Below, piece after piece: positions 24,568-34,194 of a stretch of 34,274 nt of DNA. Origin of the DNA: Methanobacteriota archaeon. GTDB lineage: Archaea > Thermoplasmatota > Poseidoniia > Poseidoniales > Poseidoniaceae. The stretch's first letter is position 1. Every line of letters begins with the position of its first letter. The translations under genes and the position numbers were made by a program. The notes under the pieces were generated by a model that worked only from the letters and a program-made list of their open reading frames with translations, searched no databases and was not told the origin of the DNA. The stretch spans positions 18,166-52,439 of the forward strand of contig PBTA01000066.1 in NCBI GenBank assembly GCA_002726395.1, given 5' to 3'.

Positions 24568-26789
24568 AACAGAATCTAACCAGAAATGAAGAGTCTGTTT
24601 CTGCAGCAATTGCGACAGTTTTATTATTTGGTGGAGTTGTTTCAATCATCGGTTTAATGCTGGTTTCAATGCTTCCAATAATTGAAGAATTAGAAGGTTC
24701 AATTGAGCGTGACGATATGTCTTCACAAATGATGATTTTGGCTCAGCAAACTGAAATTTTAAGCGAGCATGGCATGCCTGGTGATTCTACCGAAATAGAT
24801 CTAATACCAATTGACGGAACCCTCTCATGGGACACTACAAGAGGTGGAATGTGGTATTCATCTACTTGGAATAGCGACACGACATTTAGGATGAAAGGAG
24901 TATTAGACTTTGATGATTCAATACAAATAAAACATCCTGAGAGTAAATCAACCTCGGTTTGTTTTGACGACCTAAGGTTAGGCCCGACAAAGCCATTCAT
25001 ATATTCCATTCCAGATTACATAGAAGAAATTATGATTAGTCCAAACCAAGGAATCGCATCACCACTTGGGCCGATAGAAATCAAAGTGAATTCTGCTGAG
25101 CGATTAATCGAAAAGATTGATTTGAACATCGGTTCTACTGTTAAATTAACCACTACTGAATTCCAATATTACAAACTTGAGTCTACCCATGAACTGAACA
25201 TATTGGCAAGTTTGGGTAGCGGAGGTGGTACTATTTTTATGCCAGATAACCCCAGTCAAAGTGATTTAACCGGCAGGTCTTGGAGCATACCAATGAATCA
25301 AGGTAACAATACAGTACACATCATGAGTGAAACATCTAATCAAATTGAATTGATGGTAGATGGAGAGGAAACCAGACATATTGTTACCAATGATGAGGAC
25401 CCAAGAATTGGTGTTTCTTGGACACATACAATCGATTTGAATTCGCCAAAATTAGTATCTCTTTCAACAAGCGCACCATCACGACTTATTTTGCTAACAT
25501 CTGACAATAATATGACAGGTAGCGTAACACTTCAATCAACTTCTGGTGCTCTAATCGGCTCAGAGTTCATCACACCTCAGCTAACTGGAAGTTTAGAATT
25601 ATTCAACCCAAATGAAGAGATTGCAACTATCACTTGGAAAGGGGGAGGAATTTCAATTCAAGCGGATTCAACTGTAATCATACCATGGCCGCCTCAGACT
25701 GTTAACGGTGCGCCAATTATAGATTCAGATAAAGAAATATCAGCATATTGGCACAATAATGATTCCATTAATCCAAGTAATGGATTGAATATAATTCCGG
25801 CAAAAGATACTGGATTTTCCTCTGGAAAATCCCATAGATATGAGATATTTTCCAGCAATGGACTGGAATCAATACATACTCAATTAGCAGGGTATAGTTC
25901 AGTACTAAACTATTCAAATACTAACTCTGCTTATCAGAATCTTACCTTCAACAACCCGTTCCATGAACTGCAAACAAGCCAAGGCAGCCACAACGTTTCT
26001 GTGGAAGATGGGCACCCAATTAGAGTTCACCGGAGTACTGGAGATTCGGGATTAAGTCAATTAATGCATGATGGAGAACAGAGATGTGTTGGAATTAATA
26101 CCACAGCAAGCGGGTGGATTACTACAGAATTGCCATGGAATTCCGTTTCTGGTAGAAGCGAAGGTCAAATTATGAATGCTTGGAGTCAAGGAACACATCC
26201 CTCGAGTTACTCTATAAGTCTAATTGGTAATAACGGAAAGACTGACCATCAAATCATTGCATCATCATGGATTTTCCATATCTCTAGACTTACTTATTCT
26301 TTCTCCTCTTCTATTACCGGACTTGAAGTTGCTTATTCTAACGGGGCAGTACTAACAAACCATCCAGAATTTTTGCCTACCGTATTGAAGCAACCAAATG
26401 ATAGATCTGGACCAGGACCCCGATTTGCAGCAACGATTCCTGCATTAAATCCTACAGCAGATAGTGTATCTGGTGCGGGTGTAATGAATTTAGATATAGA
26501 ATTAGCATACAGAGAGTCATTAGCCTCAGACATTGCATATGAAGTCAGACGTGGGTGGTATAGCCCATATGGTGAAGAGATTGCAAATTCTGCAGCCAGT
26601 AGTCTAGATTCTAGTATCGATTGGACGATTTATCCCGGACGATTGGATTTGCTCACAGATTATGTGGGTTGGGTCCCTGACCCGAGTATCGGAACCTCGG
26701 AAGCGGTTTGGCATACCAATGGCGATCCAATTCAATTTAGTTTACAACTATCCTCACTTGATGTAACAATGACGGAGGCTGTTGGATGA
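24564..26789 (+). CDS. Large type IV pilin-like protein (possible minor pilin/adhesin) with internal repeats
   Basis: RNEES|VSAAIATVLLFGGVVSIIGLMLV followed by 'PIIEE' helix; ATGA overlap with the upstream stop; SD-like AGGTGG. Confidence 0.8.
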   Translation: MKQNLTRNEESVSAAIATVLLFGGVVSIIGLMLVSMLPIIEELEGSIERDDMSSQMMILAQQTEILSEHGMPGDSTEIDLIPIDGTLSWDTTRGGMWYSSTWNSDTTFRMKGVLDFDDSIQIKHPESKSTSVCFDDLRLGPTKPFIYSIPDYIEEIMISPNQGIASPLGPIEIKVNSAERLIEKIDLNIGSTVKLTTTEFQYYKLESTHELNILASLGSGGGTIFMPDNPSQSDLTGRSWSIPMNQGNNTVHIMSETSNQIELMVDGEETRHIVTNDEDPRIGVSWTHTIDLNSPKLVSLSTSAPSRLILLTSDNNMTGSVTLQSTSGALIGSEFITPQLTGSLELFNPNEEIATITWKGGGISIQADSTVIIPWPPQTVNGAPIIDSDKEISAYWHNNDSINPSNGLNIIPAKDTGFSSGKSHRYEIFSSNGLESIHTQLAGYSSVLNYSNTNSAYQNLTFNNPFHELQTSQGSHNVSVEDGHPIRVHRSTGDSGLSQLMHDGEQRCVGINTTASGWITTELPWNSVSGRSEGQIMNAWSQGTHPSSYSISLIGNNGKTDHQIIASSWIFHISRLTYSFSSSITGLEVAYSNGAVLTNHPEFLPTVLKQPNDRSGPGPRFAATIPALNPTADSVSGAGVMNLDIELAYRESLASDIAYEVRRGWYSPYGEEIANSAASSLDSSIDWTIYPGRLDLLTDYVGWVPDPSIGTSEAVWHTNGDPIQFSLQLSSLDVTMTEAVG

Positions 26790-27256
26790 AAACTAAACTT
26801 TCGAAAACCGAGGACATCAGTGGTGCAGCCACTGAACTAGGATACATCTTCACTTTCTTACTTGGAGTAATGTTGTTATCTGTATTTAGTATTTGGACAT
26901 GGGATATTGAAACTGCAACCCGGGATAGATGGAATGAACAGGCCGTCAAAATGAATTTAGACGATATTGCTGATGCCATTGAACGAGCTGATGAAGCTAG
27001 TAGGCTTGGCGATATTGAATATACCGAATCCGTATGGTGGAGAGCTACTGAGGCTGACGAAAATTTGTTTACCTTACAATTGTCTGATAATTACTTAATT
27101 TTAGTTGATGAAGGAGGTCCACTAGATACGCAAGTCTACGTTTCAGGGGCAGGTGCAGGTGGGCATAGTGGAACTGTTAATTTATCTGGAGCCCAAATGG
27201 TTTGGATATGTCACAAAGATGGTGTTACAAGTATTGAGGTCGATAGACCCCAATAA
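26786..27256 (+). CDS. Small type IV pilin-like protein
   Basis: EDISG|AATELGYIFTFLLGVMLLSVF then an amphipathic helix; ATGA overlap with the upstream stop; GGAGG at 26774-26778. Confidence 0.75.
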   Translation: MKTKLSKTEDISGAATELGYIFTFLLGVMLLSVFSIWTWDIETATRDRWNEQAVKMNLDDIADAIERADEASRLGDIEYTESVWWRATEADENLFTLQLSDNYLILVDEGGPLDTQVYVSGAGAGGHSGTVNLSGAQMVWICHKDGVTSIEVDRPQ

Positions 27257-29779
27257 TCATCTTCCCATGACAGCATTGTGTACTTTTGTTTGAACCTCTC
27301 TCATACGAGATTTGGCTCCAAGTTCACGAAATACTGCTAGAGCTCTTTGCAAATATTCCATTCTTCGTGATTTATCGGGTGCAACGCTACCCAAACGAAT
27401 CAACAACTCCCCAATTTGCATCCTAAGATCATTAGCCTCTGCAATGATTAGGGCTTCTCTGAAATGTTCCATCGCTTCATCATTTTTACCCGAATCTTGT
27501 AGGACTTCGCCAAGTAAGATAGTTATGTCTACCATTGCTAAAATATCTCCCTCTTCGTTCATGGCATCCAATGCTTGAGAATAATGATGGGATGCGACAT
27601 CTAGGTCACCAACCTTGGCGTAGTAACGCCCTAGTACTGCTTGTGCTCTAGCATGTAGTTGCTTATCATTTGATTTTTCTGTTTTATCAAACGCCGTTAA
27701 AGCATGGTCTCTCGCTCGGTCTATTTCCCCTAAATCCATCAAAGAACGAGCAAGAATTAATTGTGAACTTATCAGTTCTGAATCCTCATTTTCTTCTAAT
27801 ATTCGCTCTACCTGACTATAGGATTCTATCGCTTTAGAATTATCATTTTTTCTTCTTAACAAATAGCCCATATTATTGTAGCTTCTAGCAGCTCCAACAG
27901 CATCCTTTAGTTTGATAAATATCTCAAGAGCCTCCTTATGCATGGCTAGAGATTCATCTAAACTTCCTTGCTTTAGGGATATATCAGCCAATGCAGACAA
28001 TGCTTCTGCTAAAATAGAATTATTTTTGCTGTTGGCCGCTTGTTCTTGCGCTGCAACGAAGGCCTCTTTGGCCTCCTCAAACCGACCTAGAAGGGACAAA
28101 ATCTCTCCTTTGAATTGTAATATTTTTGCCAACATCTCTTGAGAGATATCTGCTATATTCATTGACTCAATCAAACCGAGTAATTCCATATGCCCTTGGG
28201 AAATTAGTACTCGACCATTATCAATAATCATATCCGCAGCATCAACCATGTTATCAGAACTTAGTAAGTGAAAAATCAACTCAATGGTAAAACCAGGAGT
28301 CTGACTTGATTTTTTGTACCAGTTACTGCATTTTGCATGCAGTTCGAATTTTGTCTGATCATCTATACTCCTCAACAAGAATTCCCTTATCAAATCGTGA
28401 ACATCATAAATCTCAGAGTCAACCTGTCTTGCAAGACCTTGCTCGACAAGTGAATCCAAGGTATCAATGTTTAACTGCTGCTCAGATAAGGCATCAATCG
28501 AAACTGGTTCTCTAAAAATCGATAATGCAGATAAGACTCTTTTCTGTTCTGCACTGAGTTTTGAGAATATTTCTACTGTAACATAATTTTCCAATGTTTC
28601 ATGAAAAGCTGTAGCAGATGCACCCCGATTGATTAACTCTAATACTAGTGGGTGACCACGGGAGATACCATGGATGTATAGCCATTGTTCATCTTGTAAA
28701 TCGGTGAAACTGCTTAACAACTTTCTACCTGAATTGGAATCTAATCCATCTAAGGGTAAAACTAAACTTGCAATTCTGCCCTCTGCATCTTTTGAAGGGA
28801 CCACTGGCTTGAAAGAGCGAGAAAACAATACGAGACCTATTTTTTCCTCACTGCCAAGTAAACCAAGGGCCATTGCTTGGAAAATTTGGTGAAGAGTTGA
28901 ATCTGAAACTTTGTGGAAATCGTCCACAACAATTAGCGTTGGCGTGCCTTCTAGAGCATCTATTAACAGATTTGCTGCCTCTGCTGGTTTTGGAACTGGT
29001 GTTGTCGCAATATAATCAGCAAATGTAGAGTCTCCGATATTAGCCAGCCATTCACCAACGGACTCTAGAAAAGACCGAGAACCTTCCCAATCTTGGCACC
29101 TGTGGTAGAGAAGGTTTCGTCTGTGCATAAATCTTTCAATCAATTTACTGGCCATTGTTGTTTTACCAATACCCGCAATACCTGGCACAAGTAGAGTTGT
29201 TGCTCTTGCTTCAAGCAGGTTAAACATGTTGTCAAGTTCGTTTTCACGCCCATAAAAATGTCTTAATCTAGGTAAATCACCAAGAGAAGTGACCAGTTGT
29301 TTCTCGACATGTTTTGATAAATCACGCTCAATCAAATCAGCAGATAACGTCCTTGAATCTATTATGCAATTATCATCCATATATCGGATTATATCAACTG
29401 ACCTCATACTAAATGGCAAAATGGTATTTATTTCTCCCAATGTGGTAGATTCTATTTTACCTTCTTCCAAGATACAGCGTAATGAAAATGAACGTAACTC
29501 GTTCCAAGTATCCTCTGCCAATGTTTTCCCCGATTCCGTCAAAAAGTATGCCTTTCGTTTTCTTGACACTCCTTTCACGTGGGCTTGTCTTTCAATAAGT
29601 AGACCTTGGTCTTTCAAACCTGCAATCGCTCTAGGCACATTTGAGCGCGCAATTGCTACGGCATTTGCAATACCCATTTGTGATAATGAAAACGGTACTT
29701 CTACGCTATTTTTGTAGTCCGAATAATCCAATAGGTGTAGCAAAATCCGTTCTTGCACACCGGGTTTGGTACTTGCCAT
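27257..29779 (-). CDS. wHTH-STAND (NB-ARC/AP-ATPase-like) NTPase-TPR protein, probable signal-responsive transcription regulator
   Basis: N-terminal wHTH (SQMGIANAVAIARSNVPRAIAGLKDQGLL...YFLTESG); FYGRENEL; Walker A GIAGIGKT; Walker B LIVVDDFH; GHPLVL (GxP); VHDLIREF (MHD-like); tandem TPRs. ATG 29779 with AGGTGA at 29786-29791. Confidence 0.9.
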   Translation of the reverse strand: MASTKPGVQERILLHLLDYSDYKNSVEVPFSLSQMGIANAVAIARSNVPRAIAGLKDQGLLIERQAHVKGVSRKRKAYFLTESGKTLAEDTWNELRSFSLRCILEEGKIESTTLGEINTILPFSMRSVDIIRYMDDNCIIDSRTLSADLIERDLSKHVEKQLVTSLGDLPRLRHFYGRENELDNMFNLLEARATTLLVPGIAGIGKTTMASKLIERFMHRRNLLYHRCQDWEGSRSFLESVGEWLANIGDSTFADYIATTPVPKPAEAANLLIDALEGTPTLIVVDDFHKVSDSTLHQIFQAMALGLLGSEEKIGLVLFSRSFKPVVPSKDAEGRIASLVLPLDGLDSNSGRKLLSSFTDLQDEQWLYIHGISRGHPLVLELINRGASATAFHETLENYVTVEIFSKLSAEQKRVLSALSIFREPVSIDALSEQQLNIDTLDSLVEQGLARQVDSEIYDVHDLIREFLLRSIDDQTKFELHAKCSNWYKKSSQTPGFTIELIFHLLSSDNMVDAADMIIDNGRVLISQGHMELLGLIESMNIADISQEMLAKILQFKGEILSLLGRFEEAKEAFVAAQEQAANSKNNSILAEALSALADISLKQGSLDESLAMHKEALEIFIKLKDAVGAARSYNNMGYLLRRKNDNSKAIESYSQVERILEENEDSELISSQLILARSLMDLGEIDRARDHALTAFDKTEKSNDKQLHARAQAVLGRYYAKVGDLDVASHHYSQALDAMNEEGDILAMVDITILLGEVLQDSGKNDEAMEHFREALIIAEANDLRMQIGELLIRLGSVAPDKSRRMEYLQRALAVFRELGAKSRMREVQTKVHNAVMGR

Positions 29780-29793
29780 GATCAATCACCTAA

Positions 29794-32700
29794 TCATTGG
29801 TTCTTGTTTACATAATCTGGATCTGGCACCCATTGATTTTGTTCAGCATTCCACAACCATCCTGGATGTTGGGATGTTTGTTGGGGTACTGCCGCTTCTT
29901 GTTGGGCTGGCTGAACAACTGCTTGCTGTTGGTTTGCAGTTTCGGGTTGAACTATCGATGGAACTGGTTTTGCTTTGGCCCATGCATACGGATCTTCTGC
30001 AGTCTGTTGCAAGCCAGTCAAATCCTCTTCATCTTCATATTCTTCAAAGGTAAAGAAGAACATACCAACTGCAACTAGAGCGATTATTATGACAATTCCA
30101 ATTATTATGTACAACAATAAATTGTTACTATCTTCTGCAGACTTGGTTGTTACAGCAAATTGTGCATCACTGCCAGTTTCATCAGAGAATATTTGGCCAT
30201 CCATTTCGAACACTATATCGCGATTGTCCTTTGAACCAAGTTGACTAGCGCTAATTTCCATACTCCAAGTTCCGTCACCTAATACTCTAGTCGAGTTAAT
30301 CATTTGACCAGATTTCGAATCAAATCTAGCCTTTACTAGGCTATCAGGCAAACCTTGCCCAGAAAACACCGCCGGATTAGAATCTGAAATCACACCACTA
30401 TTATCTCGCACTACCTCGAATGACACTTGCTTGACCAAGACATTCACTGAACGGGAAACTTCCCAAAGGTCACTACCGTCTGTAGCAATAAATTTTAGTC
30501 CAACAAGTGACCAAGATTCGAGACTATCGGATCTAGTAGTTGGTGGATTGTAGGTTGCAATACCTTCAGATGATATAGACATGTAGTCATAATACAAATC
30601 ATCGGTTGACACACTAGGATCGTTGTAAACATTAAACCGCAATAAGCCGCCCTCAGGGTCGTTAAAGTAAGAATTCAAATCAAACACAGCTCCACTACCA
30701 CAACTGTCAAGGCTCTTAGAATTAGCATCACAGTAAATTACTACTGTATTTGCCCATCCGTCTGGAGTAAAAGTTGGAGGGGAATTATCTACTGAATTAT
30801 CAATGGTGATAAATCTAGATTCTTCTATTGAATAAGACTCACCATCAAATGACCTGACAACAACCTCATACATTGAGTTATGAGGCACATTGTTAGTTTT
30901 CCATACCGAGTTACTATTCCATGAAGTATTGAATTCACCACTTTGAATTTGGTCTTGGGTAATAGTTATGGTATTTGCCGCAGAGCCACTATCCCTACCA
31001 TTTTTGTAGATATCTATGTCAACTCTGGTAATTAGTCCATCATTATCCCAAACATAACCAGAGATTGAGGTAGATTCACTACCCCTGACTACAGCGTTAT
31101 CCAATGGATAATCCAATGCGATATTGGGCTGAGCGTTTTCATTAATTATTTTCAAGTTTAAAGTCACCACATCGCAGGTATCGTCGGTAGTATCATCTTT
31201 ACAAAAGTCACTATCTGCTGCCCAAATTCTAAAGGTATAATCACCAGTTGCATAAGTAAGGTAATTCCAATCATATTGCCATGCTGAGAGTGTCTCACCA
31301 ACTGATGGTGTCAAGGCAAACTTTGAGGTAAATTGAGGATTTGAGTCCTCAGTTAATTCGAACCATATTTCCTTTATGTCGTTACCATTGACACCAAAGT
31401 ATGGATCGCTAGCAGTACCGCTAAAGGACACAACTGGTCCTTTTGGGGAATTCGAATTATGTTCTGAATCTTGAGCAGGCGTATTCAGGACTATTGAAGG
31501 TGCTTCGAGGTTGAGTTTGTACCGCTTAACAGTAACCGGTGAATAATCCAAACCATCATATGAGCGTACTCTAAAAGTCACATCCCCTTCACCTTCAGGA
31601 TGATTAGACATATCATATTCAAATGCCCAAGTACTAAACGGATAGGAACCTTGAGTAATTTGTCCCCCTGAATTCGAAGTATCTACAGCAGACACCCAAA
31701 CTTCTGAACCTGGAGGTTGAATTTGGACATCTTCAACGATGCCAAACTGTTCTTGCTGAGCGATTATATCACTAGCATAAGGTGGTGCTTCACCATCCCA
31801 AGCAGTACCTGACAGGGTAACAATACGAGCAAAAGACGTCAACTCTGGTTGTTCAACTGTAACACTTGGAGCCATATTCACTAGATTGATTATATCATCA
31901 ACTGGTCCATTAAGAACAAAGTCATATTCCATGATTCCTTTGCCGAATTTATACGCTTCAACACTATACTCTGGTATCTCACGGCCATTTACACAGTCAG
32001 GGTCATTTTCATCTGTCAATGTATCACCGTCATTGTCATATCCATCTGAACAGGTATTTTCATCCAAGGTTTCAGTTATCGCTGGTGGGCCAGGACTAAT
32101 TATGACATCAACACCTTGTTCTCCGACGACGTTATTCCAATTTCGATCCAAATAAAAGTCGCTTGGAAGCGTAACCTCTGGAGTATAACCAAATTGGTCA
32201 GTGGTAAGAGTATAGAGTGGCAGGCCAGTTGATTCTTTGATGATGACTGTGGCACCATCGACGTTAATGTTAGATGCCTTTACTTGGAAACGGACTAATT
32301 CGCCCTCTCGCACTTGAGATCCCCATGGTGAATTTTGATTTTGGACGTGAATTTTGGTATTATCAAAATTTTGTAAACCAGCATATGATAACACTGTAGA
32401 ATTGTTGACCAAGTCTAATGACATAGGCATTTCTGCTGGGGGCATATTTGCTGTATTTGGTACTTTCAAACATTCATTTTGTACTGATGGACATTCTGAA
32501 CCAAGCCACTGTAATTGAATCGGATGAATTTCGTTACCACCAGCATCAGGAATATATTCTGATTGAATAGTAACCCTAGATTCAGTTATGTTGTATACTT
32601 GGGTTGCATTGGTGAAGGTGTTACCTGAAAAATATCCGATTGAACCATATTTGTTACCATAATTATCATCATGGTGAGATATATTGACCGCAAAACTGTC

Positions 32701-34194
32701 CGTTTGCATGTTATTATTCTGCACGTTTACAATACTGCCTTTAATTCGTAATGCATCTCCAACATTATTCTTCACTGTATTGTTGTACAAGGTTGCAGAT
32801 GCCCTAAAGATATGAATTGCCGGACATTGGAAATCTCCACCATACATCTTGACAGAATTACACGTTGCTGCGTTATTTTCAATTACATTGTCAGCCATGT
32901 ATAGCCTTGATTCTGTTGGTGCAACAGAAGGCCACCCTGAATCTTGGTAATGATATTCACCGTGAACAACTGGCTCTTTTCCAACATCAGTAATTGTATT
33001 ACCAATTGCAGTTACATCAGAGGTACCATAAATCCAAAGTCCATTGAAGCCACCAATTGGCCCAATGATATTATCTTGGAGATCAACAATAGAAGAACGG
33101 ATTGCAATACCTGAAGCTTGTTCTGCCCCGGAAATCGTATTTCTGTAGGCTGAAACTCTTGCTTGGTCATAAGCTGTTATTCCAGCACCATCAGTAGTTG
33201 TAAGAATATTATCATTAACATCCAATGTATGCTTTATTGAACCTGTTTGCTTGAAACCTTTAGTATCAATTGCTGCACAGTTTACCGTAATATCTGAGTT
33301 CAGCACTCCTCCTGAAGACTGGGACAAGAACACACCGTAACCATTATCCGATATTGTTACGTCCTCAACAGATAGATACGAATTATCTGCATAAATCATG
33401 GATATACCTGAACCGCTGTTTCCACAACTCCCCTCGGCATCTCCAGTAAAAGTAGAGGTGGTAATACGCAGCGGATCATTGATTCCAGCACCGGCGCCGT
33501 AAGCAGATATCGCCGCTCTTTTGCCAATTGCATACGCATCATTACCAAGCGTGAAGGTTGAACCTGTAATTGTTGGATCTGCAAGATTAGTCAAAAATAT
33601 GTTCGATGAATTGGTATTGGTGAATACTAAGCCGTTTGCGTTGGTTCTAGGACCATCAAATACCAATGCTGCATATCTAGCGGCAGCATTACCGCCGATG
33701 TTTAAAATCAGTTCATACCCATAAGCATTTTCAAATTCTACAAAATTGAAACCTGTCTTAGCCTCATCTATGGTATTTCTGATTACAATTCCTGAGCCAC
33801 AAGCAGCATCAATACTTCCTGCACATGGCCCTCTAACAGTATAATCAGTCGGCAAACTCCATGCAAACTTAACTGCATTAGATGCAGTGCCATCAGATGG
33901 TGCACCACAATAAGCTGCTGCAACACATATCGCTCCTCTAACATCGATATGTTTACCGAATGGAATATTGATTGTCGTGCCGGCATTAACCACTAGACTT
34001 GCACCTGGTGCGACTGTTACATTGTCGGTTAATGTGTGAGTACCAGTCCAAGTTTCTTGACCATTCAGTAAGCCAGTCGTTGTCTGATTAATTCCTGCAG
34101 CAGAAACGGCGGGTATAGAAATCATTGAAAGGGCAACTGAAAAGAACAACAAACCAATCATTGTGATACTTTTTTTCTTTAAATTTGAAGACAT
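29794..34194 (-). CDS. Large cell-surface protein: parallel beta-helix region, Cys/Asp Ca-binding motif, tandem Ig-like domains, C-terminal TM and cytoplasmic tail
   Basis: Signal peptide ending VSAA; beta-helix repeats (ISDNGYGVFL, NTISG...GIAI, NNTVKNN..DALRI); CSDGYDNDGDTLTDENDPDC; three 'P.[VI].[VL]..P...[LFI]SG..[WS]D...F.V...D' Ig-like units; TM LLLYIIIGIVIIIALVAVGMFFF; SD GAGGAG. Confidence 0.9.
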   Translation of the reverse strand: MSSNLKKKSITMIGLLFFSVALSMISIPAVSAAGINQTTTGLLNGQETWTGTHTLTDNVTVAPGASLVVNAGTTINIPFGKHIDVRGAICVAAAYCGAPSDGTASNAVKFAWSLPTDYTVRGPCAGSIDAACGSGIVIRNTIDEAKTGFNFVEFENAYGYELILNIGGNAAARYAALVFDGPRTNANGLVFTNTNSSNIFLTNLADPTITGSTFTLGNDAYAIGKRAAISAYGAGAGINDPLRITTSTFTGDAEGSCGNSGSGISMIYADNSYLSVEDVTISDNGYGVFLSQSSGGVLNSDITVNCAAIDTKGFKQTGSIKHTLDVNDNILTTTDGAGITAYDQARVSAYRNTISGAEQASGIAIRSSIVDLQDNIIGPIGGFNGLWIYGTSDVTAIGNTITDVGKEPVVHGEYHYQDSGWPSVAPTESRLYMADNVIENNAATCNSVKMYGGDFQCPAIHIFRASATLYNNTVKNNVGDALRIKGSIVNVQNNNMQTDSFAVNISHHDDNYGNKYGSIGYFSGNTFTNATQVYNITESRVTIQSEYIPDAGGNEIHPIQLQWLGSECPSVQNECLKVPNTANMPPAEMPMSLDLVNNSTVLSYAGLQNFDNTKIHVQNQNSPWGSQVREGELVRFQVKASNINVDGATVIIKESTGLPLYTLTTDQFGYTPEVTLPSDFYLDRNWNNVVGEQGVDVIISPGPPAITETLDENTCSDGYDNDGDTLTDENDPDCVNGREIPEYSVEAYKFGKGIMEYDFVLNGPVDDIINLVNMAPSVTVEQPELTSFARIVTLSGTAWDGEAPPYASDIIAQQEQFGIVEDVQIQPPGSEVWVSAVDTSNSGGQITQGSYPFSTWAFEYDMSNHPEGEGDVTFRVRSYDGLDYSPVTVKRYKLNLEAPSIVLNTPAQDSEHNSNSPKGPVVSFSGTASDPYFGVNGNDIKEIWFELTEDSNPQFTSKFALTPSVGETLSAWQYDWNYLTYATGDYTFRIWAADSDFCKDDTTDDTCDVVTLNLKIINENAQPNIALDYPLDNAVVRGSESTSISGYVWDNDGLITRVDIDIYKNGRDSGSAANTITITQDQIQSGEFNTSWNSNSVWKTNNVPHNSMYEVVVRSFDGESYSIEESRFITIDNSVDNSPPTFTPDGWANTVVIYCDANSKSLDSCGSGAVFDLNSYFNDPEGGLLRFNVYNDPSVSTDDLYYDYMSISSEGIATYNPPTTRSDSLESWSLVGLKFIATDGSDLWEVSRSVNVLVKQVSFEVVRDNSGVISDSNPAVFSGQGLPDSLVKARFDSKSGQMINSTRVLGDGTWSMEISASQLGSKDNRDIVFEMDGQIFSDETGSDAQFAVTTKSAEDSNNLLLYIIIGIVIIIALVAVGMFFFTFEEYEDEEDLTGLQQTAEDPYAWAKAKPVPSIVQPETANQQQAVVQPAQQEAAVPQQTSQHPGWLWNAEQNQWVPDPDYVNKNQ

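Noticed and set aside
27257-29779. Avs-type antiviral defence system
   Set aside because: No toxic effector domain and no defence-island context; retained as a regulator instead.
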